This document shows positions 24,856 to 36,727 of a stretch of DNA of 64,000 nucleotides, piece after piece. Position numbers and translations under genes: made by a program. The first letter of the stretch is position 1. Each line of letters begins with the position of its first letter. The DNA comes from Azolla caroliniana (Eukaryota; Plantae; Polypodiophyta). The DNA lies in assembly GCA_043228905.1 (NCBI GenBank), contig JBHGNT010000014.1:4030001-4094000 (forward strand), given 5' to 3'. A model generated the notes under the pieces. That model had not been told where the DNA came from. It saw only the letters and a list, made by a program, of their open reading frames with translations, and did not search any database.

Positions 24856-27800
24856 TGTTGGGATTACGGTCCCTCCGGATGGGATGGTCGGATGTCCGGA
24901 GATGAATGACGACAAGCTCGGTTGCGGTTTCGGAACCGGATGATGAAGACCCCGGCTTCGGAGCCGGATGACGAATGTACCCGGAGAGAGATCCGGATGT
25001 GGGGACATATCTGTGAATATGTTTTCCAAGGGCCCTTGAGGCTATAGTTGTAAATAGCCCTAAAGTCATATGTGTATAAATATGACTTAGGGCAAACAGT
25101 TTTTATGTTGCTACTCATTTTTCTGTTTTTCCACTCAAGAGGAGTGAAGAGAGAGCAGCCGTGAGAGAGATAGAGCGTGAGAGAGGAAGAGGTCGACGCC
25201 TCTGTGTAATTCCGCCGCCTGTGGCGAGGACAGCGAGCTCGAGGTCGTCGCCTTGCAGCTCGCCATTGTATATTTCTCTGTGCATAGTTTTGGTTCGGAG
25301 TCTTATACTCCCGTGGTTTTTCCCGTACAGGGTTTTCCACGTTAAATCGTGTGTCCACTTATTTACTTTTGCATTTCCCATTTTCTGCAACAACGATTCG
25401 TGTGTTTCCTTGGTTGTGGCCGAGAGGTGAAGTTTGGAAAGTGTCGATTATTTCCATCAATTTGGTATCAGAGCAGGCTGCTGCAGAAAATGGAAGGCGG
25501 CGGCAGCGGGCAGCCGGGGATGATGGTGCTGAATGCGCAGAATTACGCCGACTGGAAGATCAAGATGGAGGATCTTCTGATTGTTCGGGACCTGTACGAA
25601 CCGATTGACAGGTCGGAAATACCGAAGGGGGTACTTGAGTCGGAATGGAGGCTTCTGAACCGGAAAGCCGTTGCAACCATTCGGCAATACGTCAACGTGA
25701 GCGTTCTACAACATGTGGCGAACGACATCAACGCATATGAGATGTGGCGGAAGCTGTCGGGCCTCTATGAGAGGAAGAATGCGTTGAACCGGACCTCCCT
25801 GATGAGGAAGATAGTGAACCTCAAGTACCGGGACGGCGAGAGTATGGTGGAACACGTAAGCACGTTCATGGGATTCGTGAACCAGCTTGCGGCGATCAAG
25901 TTCCCGCTGGAGGATGCAATGCAAGCCATCATTCTGATGTGTACATTGCCGGAAAGCTGGGAGAACTTGGTGGTGACTCTCAGCACCTCCTGCACGGAAG
26001 ATAACTTGTCCCTACAAACGGTAAAGACAAGTATTTTGAAGAAGAAGCGCGTCGGAGAGATAAAGAACCGGCCTCCGACTCGAAGGCGCTGCTTACCGAA
26101 TCGGAACGGGGAAGACAATGGAACCGGAGTCCGCAAAGACGGGAGAAGTCGGGGACCCGGTCGCAGTCAAGAGGAAGACCCACATGCTTCCACTGTGGGA
26201 AGCCGGGGCACTTCCGGAAGAATTGTCGGCATTACCGAAAGGACAACGGAGCCGACGACACCGATTCGAAGAAGTCACCGGAGAGAAACGGTGCATACCG
26301 GGGAGCCACGGACCGGAGAGGTCCGGATCGGCGAGGGCAGGACCGGAAAGGAACGACGGCACTCGCGGCAAGTGAGGAAGAAATCATGCTCATCACCGAA
26401 GAAGGTGAACTAAACATTGCCGGCGATGAGACGACCTGGGTGGTCGATTCTGGAGCATCGTTCCACCTGACCCCGGAGAGAAGATACTTCTCATCCTACA
26501 CAGTCGGTGAGCATGGCTGTGTTCGGATGGGAAATGAAGGTACGTGCCGGATTGCCGGCATAGGAGACGTGTGGTTGACAACCTCGACCGGATGCAAAAT
26601 GCTGCTGAAGGATGTCCGACACGTTCCGGAGGTTCGATTGAACCTGATTTCGGCCGGGAGGCTAGACGATGAAGGCTACACAGGTAGCATCCGGAACGGC
26701 GTAATGAAGTTCAGCAAGGGGAGCCTGATAGTGGCTCGGGCCCGGAAAGTCAACACACTGTACCTTATGAATGCCTGGTTGTGTCCGGAAGAGTTGAACG
26801 TGGCAGCCGACACTGCCGGTGAGCTGTGGCACAAGAGACTGTGCCACATGAGTGAGAAGGGGATGAAGAGGCTTGCAGAAGACAACCTCATTCCAGTGAA
26901 GCATGTGCACCTGGAGAAGTGCACCGATTGCCTGGCCGGTAAGCAGAACCGAACCTCCTTCCACTCAAGGCCACCGACGAGACGTAGCGCACCATTGGAG
27001 TTGGTGCACACTGATGTGTGTCAGGTAGAAACGAAGTCACATGGCGGAGCCCAGTACTTCGTAACATTCATTGATGATCACAGCCGGAAGCTGTGGACGG
27101 CACCGTTGAAGACAAAGGACCAAGTGTTGTGCGTCTTCAAAGAACTCCACGCGAGAGTGGAAAGGGAATCCGGCAAGAAGCTGAAAGCGATACGAGCGGA
27201 TAACGGAGGGGAATACCGGGGGCAGTTCGCGGAGTACTGTCGCTCGAAGGGAATCCGGCTCGAGTTTACTGTGCCGAAGACGCCGGAACTGAACGGGCTG
27301 GCCGAGAGGATGAACCGGACCATAATGGAGAGGGTCCGGAGTATGCTGGCGCATGCGGAATTACCCAAGGGGTTTTGGGCTGAGGCGATGTCAACGGCGA
27401 CATACGTGATAAACAGATCACCCTCAATACCTTTGGACGGAGACACGCCGCAGAGAGTGTGGACCGGTAGGGAAGTATCCTACCGGCATCTGAAGGTGTT
27501 CGGGTGTCTCGCATACGTGCATGTGGCAAAGGACCGGAGAGGAAAGCTAGATCCAAAGACCCGGCCATGCATATTCCTCGGTTACGGCGATGACGAGTTC
27601 GGCTACCGAGTATGGGACCCGGTCGACAAGAAGATATTCCGGAGTCGTGATATCATCTTCATGGAGAACAAGACACTCGCCGACTGGGAGTCGGAGAAGA
27701 AGATGAAGAGCTCCAAGTCGACCGGTGAGGATAAACTCTATGAGGAGCAGTCCCGACCGGCAAGGGACCGGTTAACACTCGAAGATCCGGCCGAAGACGG

Positions 27801-30176
27801 TGAAGAAACAGAACCGGCCGAAGAAGATGAAAATGATACCGGAACCGGCCCCGATCCCGAAATGGATTCGGATGAAGAAGAATCGGAAGAACCGGTTACC
27901 GAAGCTCCGGAACGGAGATATCCTCTAAGAGAGAGAAGGGCTCCCCGGAGATTTCCGGAACCAGAGCACGTGCTGCTAACCGACGAGGGGGAGCCGGAGA
28001 GCTTTGAAGAAGCGAAGCATGACACCCATAGCCGCAGGTGGTTAAGTGCCATGCAGGAGGAGATGGATTCCCTGCATGAGAACCACACATATGAACTTGT
28101 GGAGTTGCCGAAAGGAAAACGGGCACTCCGTAACAAGTGGGTGTTCAAGCTGAAACCGGGAGATGCCGGAAACCCCCCGAGATACAAAGCCAGGATCGTG
28201 GTGAAGGGGTTTCAGCAGAAGAAGGGCGTCGACTTCGACGAGATATTTGCCCTGGTAGTGAAGATGACCTCCATCCGGACGGTGCTGAGCATAGCGGCAA
28301 GCATGGACCTCGAGATAGAACAGATGGACGTGAAGACGGCATTCCTTCACGGTGACCTCGAAGAAGAGATCTACATGCAGAAACTGGAAGGATTCGAGAA
28401 GAAAGGGAAGGAGCACCTGGTATGCCGGTTGAAGAAGAGCCTTTACGGTCTGAAGCAGGCTCCCCGGCAATGGTACCGGAAGTTCGACTCCTTCATGACA
28501 GATGAAGGGTACCACAAAACGCAGTCCGATCACTGCGTGTTTGTGAAGAAGTTCGAAGGAGGAGACTTTCTAATACTCCTCCTGTACGTGGACGACGTGT
28601 TGATCGTCGGACGAGACCAGGTCAAGATACGGATGCTGAAGAAGGCTCTTCACCGAACCTTCTCAATGAAGGACCTGGGTCCGGCGAGGCAAATACTAGG
28701 GATGCACATCATCCGGGACCGGAAGAAGAAGCAGTTGTGGCTGTCACAGGAGAAGTACGTGACAAAGGTGCTTCACCGGTTCAACATGTCGGAAGCAAGA
28801 CCGGTCGGGTCAACACTCCCGGCAAACTGCAAGCTGTCCAGCAAGCAGAGCCCCAAGACAAAGGCTGAGAAGGAGGACATGATGAAAGTACCATATGCCT
28901 CTGCCGTCGGGAGCTTGATGTACGCAATGGTGTGTACCCGACCGGACATAGGATATGCAGTCGGAGTGGTGAGCCGGTACATGAGCAATCCCGGCAAAGA
29001 GCATTGGAACGCGGCCAAGTGGATACTCCGATACCTGAAGGGCACGGCAAACGTGTGCCTCCGATTCGGCTCCGGTAAGCCCGAACTCGACGGCTTCACC
29101 GATTCGGATATGTCGGCTGATGCAGATACCAGCCGGTCCACATCAGGGTATGTGATGACGTATGCAGGGGGAGCTGTTTCATGGCAGTCGAGGCTGCAGA
29201 AGACGGTTGCGTTGTCAACCACGGAGGCGGAGTACATGGCGGCTGTTGAAGCCGGCAAGGAAATAATATGGATGAAGGACTTCATTAGAGAGCTCGGTAT
29301 CCGGCAGGAGGAGTACCGACTCTACTGCGACAGTCAGAGTGCAATCCACCTTGCGAAGAACGCGGCCTATCACTCCCGGACGAAGCACATCCAGCGAAGA
29401 TATCACTGGATCCGGGAAAGGATAGAAGACAAGGAGTTCGTGCTGACGAAGATCCACACGGACGAGAACGGGTCGGATATGCTGACCAAGGTGCTCACAC
29501 CCGACAAGTTGGAAGCATGCCGGAAGAGGATCGGATTGGAGAGACATCCCATGCCGAAGTGAAGGGGGAGTTTGTTGGGATTACGGTCCCTCCGGATGGG
29601 ATGGTCGGATGTCCGGAGATGAATGACGACAAGCCCGGTTGCGGTTTCGGAACCGGATGATGAAGACCCCGGCTTCGGAGCCGGATGATGAATGTACCCG
29701 GAGAGAGATCCGGATGCGGGGACATATCTGTGAATATGTTTTCCAAGGGCCCTTGAGGCTATAGTTGTAAATAGCCCTAAAGTCATATGTGTATAAATAT
29801 GACTTAGGGCAAACAGTTTTTATGTTGCTACTCATTTTTCTGTTTTTCCACTCAAGAGGAGTGAAGAGAGAGCAGCCGTGAGAGAGATAGAGCGTGAGAG
29901 AGGAAGAGGTCGACGCCTCTGTGTAATTCCGCCGCCTGTGGCGAGGACAGCGAGCTCAAGGTCGTCGCCTTGCAGCTCGCCATTGTATATTTCTCTGTGC
30001 ATAGTTTTGGTTCGGAGTCTTGTACTCCCGTGGTTTTTCCCGTAGAGGGTTTTCCACGTTAAATCGTGTGTCCACTTATTTACTTTTGCATTTCCCATTT
30101 TCTGCAACAACGATTCGTGTGTTTCCTTGGTTGTGGCCGAGAGGTGAAGTTTGGAAAGTGTCGATTATTTCCATCA
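24856..30176 (+). mobile_element. Copia F, full length (Tork/Tnt1-Tto1-like)
   Basis: 604-bp LTRs 24856-25459 and 29573-30176 (6 substitutions); TSD CCGAC; PBS TGGTATCAGAGC at 25463; PPT GAAGGGGGAG at 29561. Confidence 0.97.
25490..29562 (+). CDS. Copia gag-pol polyprotein with one frameshift near 26040
   Basis: VDSGAS, LWHKRLCH, integrase D-D-E, YVDD, RNase H; a 1-bp loss breaks ILNEEARR. Confidence 0.93.
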
Positions 30177-31231
30177 CCGACTGAGGCGTATCCGTTTGTA
30201 TATTATCGGCATGTGCCGATTGTTCCTCTATCCATTCTTCATGTACTACCTGTCGGTGTCTTCGCGGTGCTTGTACTATCGGTGGTCTTCTTGATTGAAC
30301 AGGAATTTCCGATTCTTGAATCGGAAACAATACCGATAGCCAACGACCAAAAATTTGCTTCATTGGTTTTCCTGTTTTCACCCCTTGTAGCTGCTCTCTC
30401 AGAGCTTCCCCCGACAATAGTGGCCAGTTGAAATCCTCCTTTTCGTATGCGGCTATGATAAACCCAACCCTTTTTTTCGGCATACAATAAAAACGGGGAC
30501 TGACAAATCCCACCTCTAGTAAAAATCTAGCCACTTCATGGAAAAACTCATCCCGACCTCCATAAGTCTGATATGCTTTTGCCGAGGGTGAGTATTCCCC
30601 GAAATACGATTGGAGTGCTTCTGATGAAGGTTTTTTAACTGCCTCAAAGCCTCCTCTTGGCATCTGTAATGCATTTCGTATTTTCTTTGTGGTGACCTTG
30701 ATGATGTCTAACTGTTGTACCAATTCTTCCGCCTGCGGATGAGGTTCCGCTTCTGCTACTTTGATGAAACCTTGTAAGTTTCTCTCATGAAGCCATAGTC
30801 GCAGTTCTTCAGACACAGGAATCGGCATGACTTCTGTGTCTGCTTGTTCTGAATCACTTGTCGATGACGGTTGGAGATCTGCACAGCTTCTGTAGCGATG
30901 AAAATCAGAAAAACAGAGTTTGGGCGAACTAGGGCACGAAGGCTCAGACTGTTTCGATATCTGCACTCGTTTCTGTTGTTTTGGCGACACGGACGATACA
31001 GAAATATGCTTTAAAGATATTAACTTATGCATTATGACTAAAGAATAGTAATTGCTATTAATGTAGGAATTAATTAGTATTAACTCTACGTGTAGTGGTT
31101 GTACTACTTACTAATAATCATGCAATTCCTCTTTCTATTTATAGTTGATTCAGACTGTTATGGCAAGATTGTATTTCTGCATTTGACAAGAACTAGTGAG
31201 TTAGTTAGTTTTTTTTTTTTTTTTTTTTTTT

Positions 31232-34200
31232 TTACTCTTCCGTTTGAATAAACGGATTTACCGGCATATCTCCCAAATACGGTTTAAGCCGGAATCCATT
31301 TACCCATTTCGGTAAAACCTCTCCGGTTAATGATCCCAGCTGATACGTACCACTTTTACTATTAATTATCCATACTGGACCTGTCCATCTATACCGGAGT
31401 TTCCCAAGCATAAGTCCCATTCTCGTCTGGAATACCAATACCGGTTTCCCAATTTCGAATTGCTCTTCCGATTTCCTTCGATGTCGATTTACGAATGCCT
31501 TGATTTGTCTCTGCTTGTGTTCTAGTGCTGACATTGATTGAATCCGTTCTTCTTCTAATACTAATAAAGCCTCTTTGCGTATCTGCTCTGATTCTATTTC
31601 ATTTAACTTATTCGTCACTTGGAGACAAAGTGTCGGAATTTGAAATTCGATCAGCATAACGGCTTCAAGTCCGAATGCCATTCGGAAAGGTGTTGATTTA
31701 ATGGATGTTTTGTACGAAGTACGATATGCCCATAATGCACTATTTAACTTTTGATCCCAATCAGTACGATTTTCATTCACTATCTTCTTTAAAATTGTTT
31801 GAATTGTTTTATTTGTCGATTCTGCCAATCCATTAGCTTGGGGATAGTAAGGCGTACTTTTCTTATGAACTACGGCATAGTAATTGGTTAATTCGTTAAT
31901 TAACTTGTTAATAAAATGAGTGCCTTGATCGCTTACCAATTCTATTGGGCAACCGAATCGACACCATATATTTTCATACAGGAATTTTGTTGTGGATGCT
32001 GCTGTATTGTCCCTGAGAGCTTTTGCTTCAACCCATTTTGTGCAATAGTCAGTCGCGATTATGATATATCGATTACCGGTTCTTGCAGCTGCTGGTTTGA
32101 ATGGGCCAACAAAATCTAAGCCCCATTTCTGAAATGGCTCAAGAGGTAAAACCGGTTGAAAAGGCATTCGATCCTTTTCGGTCAGTTGCCCCATTCTTTG
32201 ACACAAATCGCATTTCTTACAGTATTCGTTAGCATCTTTCATCACCGTTGGCCACCATAACCCGCTATTCCATATTTTTCTGGCTGTTGCTTCTCCTGCG
32301 TAATGACCGCCAGCAATTCCACAATGTGACTCTGTTAATATGGCTGATTTTTCAAATTTCCGTACTGCCCTTCGCCATATTCCATCCGCTCCTTTATGAT
32401 ACAACATGTCATTAAATAAACAAAAATTTCGACTTCGTACTGCAATTCTTTTTCTTACATCTGTCGACATGTGTTCGGCCGGAATTCCTGTTGATAGAAA
32501 TATCGTCATTTCGGAAATCCATTCATCCTCTTTTTCCTCATTCACTTCTTGTGCTTTTACTGCCTCAACCCGAAATAATTGAGTATCTGGAAAATCATCT
32601 TTAACCCCAACCGCTTCTTCTCCAGACTCAAGCCGACTGAGATAGTCAGCAATCGCGTGCTGTGCTCCTGGTCGATGTATAATGTCGAATTCAAACTCTT
32701 GAAGCAATAACGTCCATCTGGCTAACTTGCCTGTCAATTCTTGTTTGGAAACTAGATACAATAGAGCCGAATGATCCACATGAAATGTAAATTTCTTACC
32801 CAAAAGGTAATGTCGAAATTTGTTCACACTATATATCATTCCCAAAGCTTCTCTTTCGGTTGTTGAATAGTTTCTTTCAGCCGACGAAAGTTTCCTACTG
32901 GCATAGTATACCGGCCTATACCAGTTTGGTTCGGATAATTGCATTAAAGCACTGCCTATGGCAATGTCCGACGCATCGACGAAAACATGAAATGGTTTGT
33001 TCCAGTCCGGTGGTTGAACTACCGGAACCTTTGTCAGCATCTTCTTGAGACATTCGTATGCATCTTGTTCTATACTTGTCCATATAAAAGGAACTTTGTG
33101 TACTGCTGTGTGTAACGGAATAGCAATGTCTGCTAGATATCTCATCATTCTACTGTGCCACCGAATTTGACCCAAAAATCTACTTAGAGCTTTAGCATTT
33201 GTTGGTGGTGTTGCCTCAATAATTGCTTTAACTTTGTCTGGGTCCACTACAATCCCTTCTTGACTGACAATATGCCCAAGTAACGTACCACTCATTACTC
33301 CGAATGCGCATTTGGCTGGATTTAAGCTAAGACGCCCTTTTCGACATTTTTCTAAACATAGCCGTAAATGCTCAAAATGATCAGCTTTCCGACTATATAC
33401 CGCAAAATCATCTAAAAACACCTGCATGAAAGCTGGAATATATTCCCCGAATATTTCTTGTATTACCCGCTGAAATGTAGCTGGAGTTGTTTTTAAACCG
33501 AACATCATTACTACTGCCACAAAGACACCCCATTCTGTGACGAAAGCTGTCTTTTCCTGATCTTCCGGATTCATCCGTACTTGGTTGTACCCACTGAACC
33601 CATCCAAGAAACTATAAATTTCATGTCCCGCTACTGCATCTAATATCCCATCTGTGAATGGCAACGGAAACGCATCCGTAATTGTCGCTGCATTCAATTT
33701 TCTGTAATCCACACATACGCGAATTTTCCCATTCTTTTTCGGGACTACTACTATCGGACTCAGCCATGTTGATTTTTTGACGGGTCGAATAAATCCTACT
33801 TTTAAGAGTTTATCGATTTCTTCTTTTACTTTGATAGCATAATTCGGATTCAACCTGTACCTGCGTTGTTGTACTGGCTTTGCATCTTTATGCAAATTGA
33901 TTTGATGTTGACAAAAAGCGGGATCCAAACCTTTCATATCGTCAAACGACCATGCAAAAACATCTTTATATTGTAATAGTAATGTTGTTAATGTCCGTTT
34001 GTCATTTTCCGCCAAATCTCTAGCAATCAAGACTGTTTTTCTTTCAGCATCCTCTACTCCTGCCAAATCGATCTCCTCCAATGCTGAGGCTTGCACTCTC
34101 TGAGATACCTTCATTTCCTTATCTGTAGCTTCTTGTTGCATTCGTATTTCTTTCATTGTTTGCTCATCTATTGGCACTTCTTCGTGTGAGTCTACATATG

Positions 34201-36727
34201 GTGTTAATGCTTGCAAAATATCTACCTCAAACAGAGGGATGATTTTCTGATTATCATTGAAATACTGACTTTCTTCTTCCTCGTCCAACCCTTCCATCAT
34301 ATTAACTGCTTCTGCATGTATAGGTAAACTCTGTTTGCTTGTTGTCACTTTGTTGTGCGTCGAAATCCTGACCTTAGTTTTTCCTTTCCTAAATGTTAGC
34401 ACATTTTTTTGTTTCCAATTTTGTTTAATATTAGCTGTCTTTAACCATGGTCTCCCCAATAACAAGGGGTATGCTCCCTGTGTTTCTAACTGCAAAATTA
34501 CTGCCGAAATCTGAAAACTGTGTCCCCCGATTATTACATCCAGTTGTCGAAGCAAACCAATCGGGCGTACCGTACTTGTATCTGCCATTCGTAACCAAAA
34601 CGGACATGCTTCCCATTCCGTGATTCCCAGTCTTTCACATGTAGCTTTGTTAATCACATTAACTCCCGAGCCTCCATCTATAATCACATTTCCGATTTCT
34701 TGCCCGTAAAGTATTACCTTAATCGACGAATTCTGTTCATCCATGATCGAAGGGTTATTACTTGGCTGATTGTAGTGTACTGCTATTTGTTCGGAACCTT
34801 TATATGCAATTAATGCTGCCACTTTTTCTGTAAACCTTGGTACTAACTTAAGTAAGCCCGTAAGTGGCAATGACACTTGGCAATCAGCCAACAGTTTCCA
34901 AGTTTCTTCCTGTTCCTTATTCCCCAATGACTGTTGTACAGCGATGTTCTGGTCAATGTTATTGTCTTGTAACATTCGATTCACATTACTTTGATTTGCT
35001 TCGTCAACCCATTCTTTTGCCGCCTTCCGAACTTCTTCCTGAATTTCCCACTCTGATTGTTTGCTTTTGCTGCGTGTCGTTACTTGCTGAACTTCCGGTA
35101 TTACCATATTAACTGCTGGACCCTTTCCTTTAACCGGACATTGATTAGCATAATGGCCTAGTTGTCGACAAATATAACAAGTGGGTACAAATGTTGCACT
35201 GGTCTCTCCATGTGCAAATTGGCCGTTATTAAATTGCTGCTCTTCATTACCACTCGGGTTTTGTTGGTATTGACGTGTAGCTTTTGGTTTGTAAAATCTC
35301 TTGTTTTTATACCGATTCTGCCTAAATTGTTCAGTATTATCATTTGGTTGTGCTACATTTTGTGTTATCCCGAACTCCTGATTTGGCGGAAAATTATTCT
35401 GTTGAAACATTTGATTATTTTGTGGAACGGTTTGAGTATTATGTTGAAAGGTCATATTACTCGGTTGAAATGCCGGATTTGGTTGAAATGTAGAATTCAG
35501 TTGCACATTCGGACAGTTCTGTTGAAACCCTTGAAATGGTGGGTTACCTTGTTGGAAACTTTGATTATTTTGTTGAAAATATTGATTCGGATTCTGTACG
35601 AATGGTGGGTTGGATTGAGCAAAACCTGGTTGAAATGCTTGAGTCACTTGAGTGGGTTGCATATTTTGTTGTGAAAAGATCTGATTCGGCTGTAGAACCG
35701 GATTTTGTTGTACATTTTGCTGATTTTGTGAAAAATTATTATTTTGATAACCATTGAACAGATTAGTGTTATTTTGGTAACCATTGTCAGTAAAAATTTG
35801 TCGTACTGACGCCGTAGTCTTATTAAGCAGATTATATTCACATTGTTCTACTGAATGTAATTTTGAATGACATATTGTACAATGTGTTCTTAACGTACAT
35901 TCAATTGCCGAATGCCCCGTATTTAAACAAGTGGTGCATTGAACTGCTTGTCGAAATTGTAACTCCTCTATTGTTGGTAATGTACGGTGAAATGCCGACA
36001 TGTCCATACTCTGAACATTGACCGGTGGTCGACCCATTTCTATTGCTTTATCAATTACTTGTTCGATAGTCTGATTTCGAAAATCGAACACTTTCAATGT
36101 CGTCCTTAATGGTTCTTTTACAGCTTCCAGAAAGACTTCTTTTAATTCATTATCCGGAATCGGCCTTGAAATCTGAAGCTGTAAGTTCTGAAATCGTATC
36201 ACAAACTGAGATACTGTTTCATTTTTTTCTTGATATAACGCATAAAATTGCGCAATCAAATCCTTCTGCGGAATTTGTTGATGAAATAATTGTAAAAATT
36301 TACTAGTTAACACTTCAAAGGATGGAAATCCTTGAAGACCGTTCTGCGCAAACCAATTGGCAGCATATCCGTCTAATGATAAGACGAACTCAACGATTTT
36401 TGACTTATCTTCGGCATCTGCCGACAATTGTTGAGCTCCATTGTTAATCTCCCATGTCGTTAAGAAATCCCTAACATGTGCTTCCGCATCTGTTCCTTCC
36501 CGGAACTTAGAATAAGTATAAGGCATATCGTCCCAAATGTCGTAAAACGATACCTCTTTCGTCTGTTTTTCGTCTGAAGGTAATTGATCGGATAAGTCAG
36601 GAAGTTTCGACCACTTTGTGCTTGATTCCGGCTGTTCTTGCGAAATGAACGCTTCCTGCACTGCCTTCGTAACTGACCTTGTACGAGGGCGCTTACAACT
36701 GACCGGTGTCTCCTCTTTATACGACAT
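31232..36727 (-). CDS. Intact single gag-pol ORF of D, 1831 aa
   Basis: Gag with three CCHC knuckles and a Q/N-rich tract, IIDGGSGVN, QVFLDDF, RNase H followed directly by DDFPD..LF and integrase; no archaeal-type RNase H, no chromodomain. Confidence 0.96.
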   Translation of the reverse strand: MSYKEETPVSCKRPRTRSVTKAVQEAFISQEQPESSTKWSKLPDLSDQLPSDEKQTKEVSFYDIWDDMPYTYSKFREGTDAEAHVRDFLTTWEINNGAQQLSADAEDKSKIVEFVLSLDGYAANWFAQNGLQGFPSFEVLTSKFLQLFHQQIPQKDLIAQFYALYQEKNETVSQFVIRFQNLQLQISRPIPDNELKEVFLEAVKEPLRTTLKVFDFRNQTIEQVIDKAIEMGRPPVNVQSMDMSAFHRTLPTIEELQFRQAVQCTTCLNTGHSAIECTLRTHCTICHSKLHSVEQCEYNLLNKTTASVRQIFTDNGYQNNTNLFNGYQNNNFSQNQQNVQQNPVLQPNQIFSQQNMQPTQVTQAFQPGFAQSNPPFVQNPNQYFQQNNQSFQQGNPPFQGFQQNCPNVQLNSTFQPNPAFQPSNMTFQHNTQTVPQNNQMFQQNNFPPNQEFGITQNVAQPNDNTEQFRQNRYKNKRFYKPKATRQYQQNPSGNEEQQFNNGQFAHGETSATFVPTCYICRQLGHYANQCPVKGKGPAVNMVIPEVQQVTTRSKSKQSEWEIQEEVRKAAKEWVDEANQSNVNRMLQDNNIDQNIAVQQSLGNKEQEETWKLLADCQVSLPLTGLLKLVPRFTEKVAALIAYKGSEQIAVHYNQPSNNPSIMDEQNSSIKVILYGQEIGNVIIDGGSGVNVINKATCERLGITEWEACPFWLRMADTSTVRPIGLLRQLDVIIGGHSFQISAVILQLETQGAYPLLLGRPWLKTANIKQNWKQKNVLTFRKGKTKVRISTHNKVTTSKQSLPIHAEAVNMMEGLDEEEESQYFNDNQKIIPLFEVDILQALTPYVDSHEEVPIDEQTMKEIRMQQEATDKEMKVSQRVQASALEEIDLAGVEDAERKTVLIARDLAENDKRTLTTLLLQYKDVFAWSFDDMKGLDPAFCQHQINLHKDAKPVQQRRYRLNPNYAIKVKEEIDKLLKVGFIRPVKKSTWLSPIVVVPKKNGKIRVCVDYRKLNAATITDAFPLPFTDGILDAVAGHEIYSFLDGFSGYNQVRMNPEDQEKTAFVTEWGVFVAVVMMFGLKTTPATFQRVIQEIFGEYIPAFMQVFLDDFAVYSRKADHFEHLRLCLEKCRKGRLSLNPAKCAFGVMSGTLLGHIVSQEGIVVDPDKVKAIIEATPPTNAKALSRFLGQIRWHSRMMRYLADIAIPLHTAVHKVPFIWTSIEQDAYECLKKMLTKVPVVQPPDWNKPFHVFVDASDIAIGSALMQLSEPNWYRPVYYASRKLSSAERNYSTTEREALGMIYSVNKFRHYLLGKKFTFHVDHSALLYLVSKQELTGKLARWTLLLQEFEFDIIHRPGAQHAIADYLSRLESGEEAVGVKDDFPDTQLFRVEAVKAQEVNEEKEDEWISEMTIFLSTGIPAEHMSTDVRKRIAVRSRNFCLFNDMLYHKGADGIWRRAVRKFEKSAILTESHCGIAGGHYAGEATARKIWNSGLWWPTVMKDANEYCKKCDLCQRMGQLTEKDRMPFQPVLPLEPFQKWGLDFVGPFKPAAARTGNRYIIIATDYCTKWVEAKALRDNTAASTTKFLYENIWCRFGCPIELVSDQGTHFINKLINELTNYYAVVHKKSTPYYPQANGLAESTNKTIQTILKKIVNENRTDWDQKLNSALWAYRTSYKTSIKSTPFRMAFGLEAVMLIEFQIPTLCLQVTNKLNEIESEQIRKEALLVLEEERIQSMSALEHKQRQIKAFVNRHRRKSEEQFEIGKPVLVFQTRMGLMLGKLRYRWTGPVWIINSKSGTYQLGSLTGEVLPKWVNGFRLKPYLGDMPVNPFIQTEE

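Larger units (their letters stand above)
23046..30828 (-). pseudogene. ORF3 of D (30828-30177 joined to 24850-23046), split by F
   Basis: MPIPVSEELRLWL...FNWP; WTAQAAELQLLRADKNNR; ends EPSIFDILNDSDEELQE*; stop at 23961. Confidence 0.85.

Noticed and set aside
31209-31233. Poly(A) tail of a retrocopy or LINE
   Set aside because: No TSD or inserted body, and equivalent purine tracts occur at the same position in B and C.
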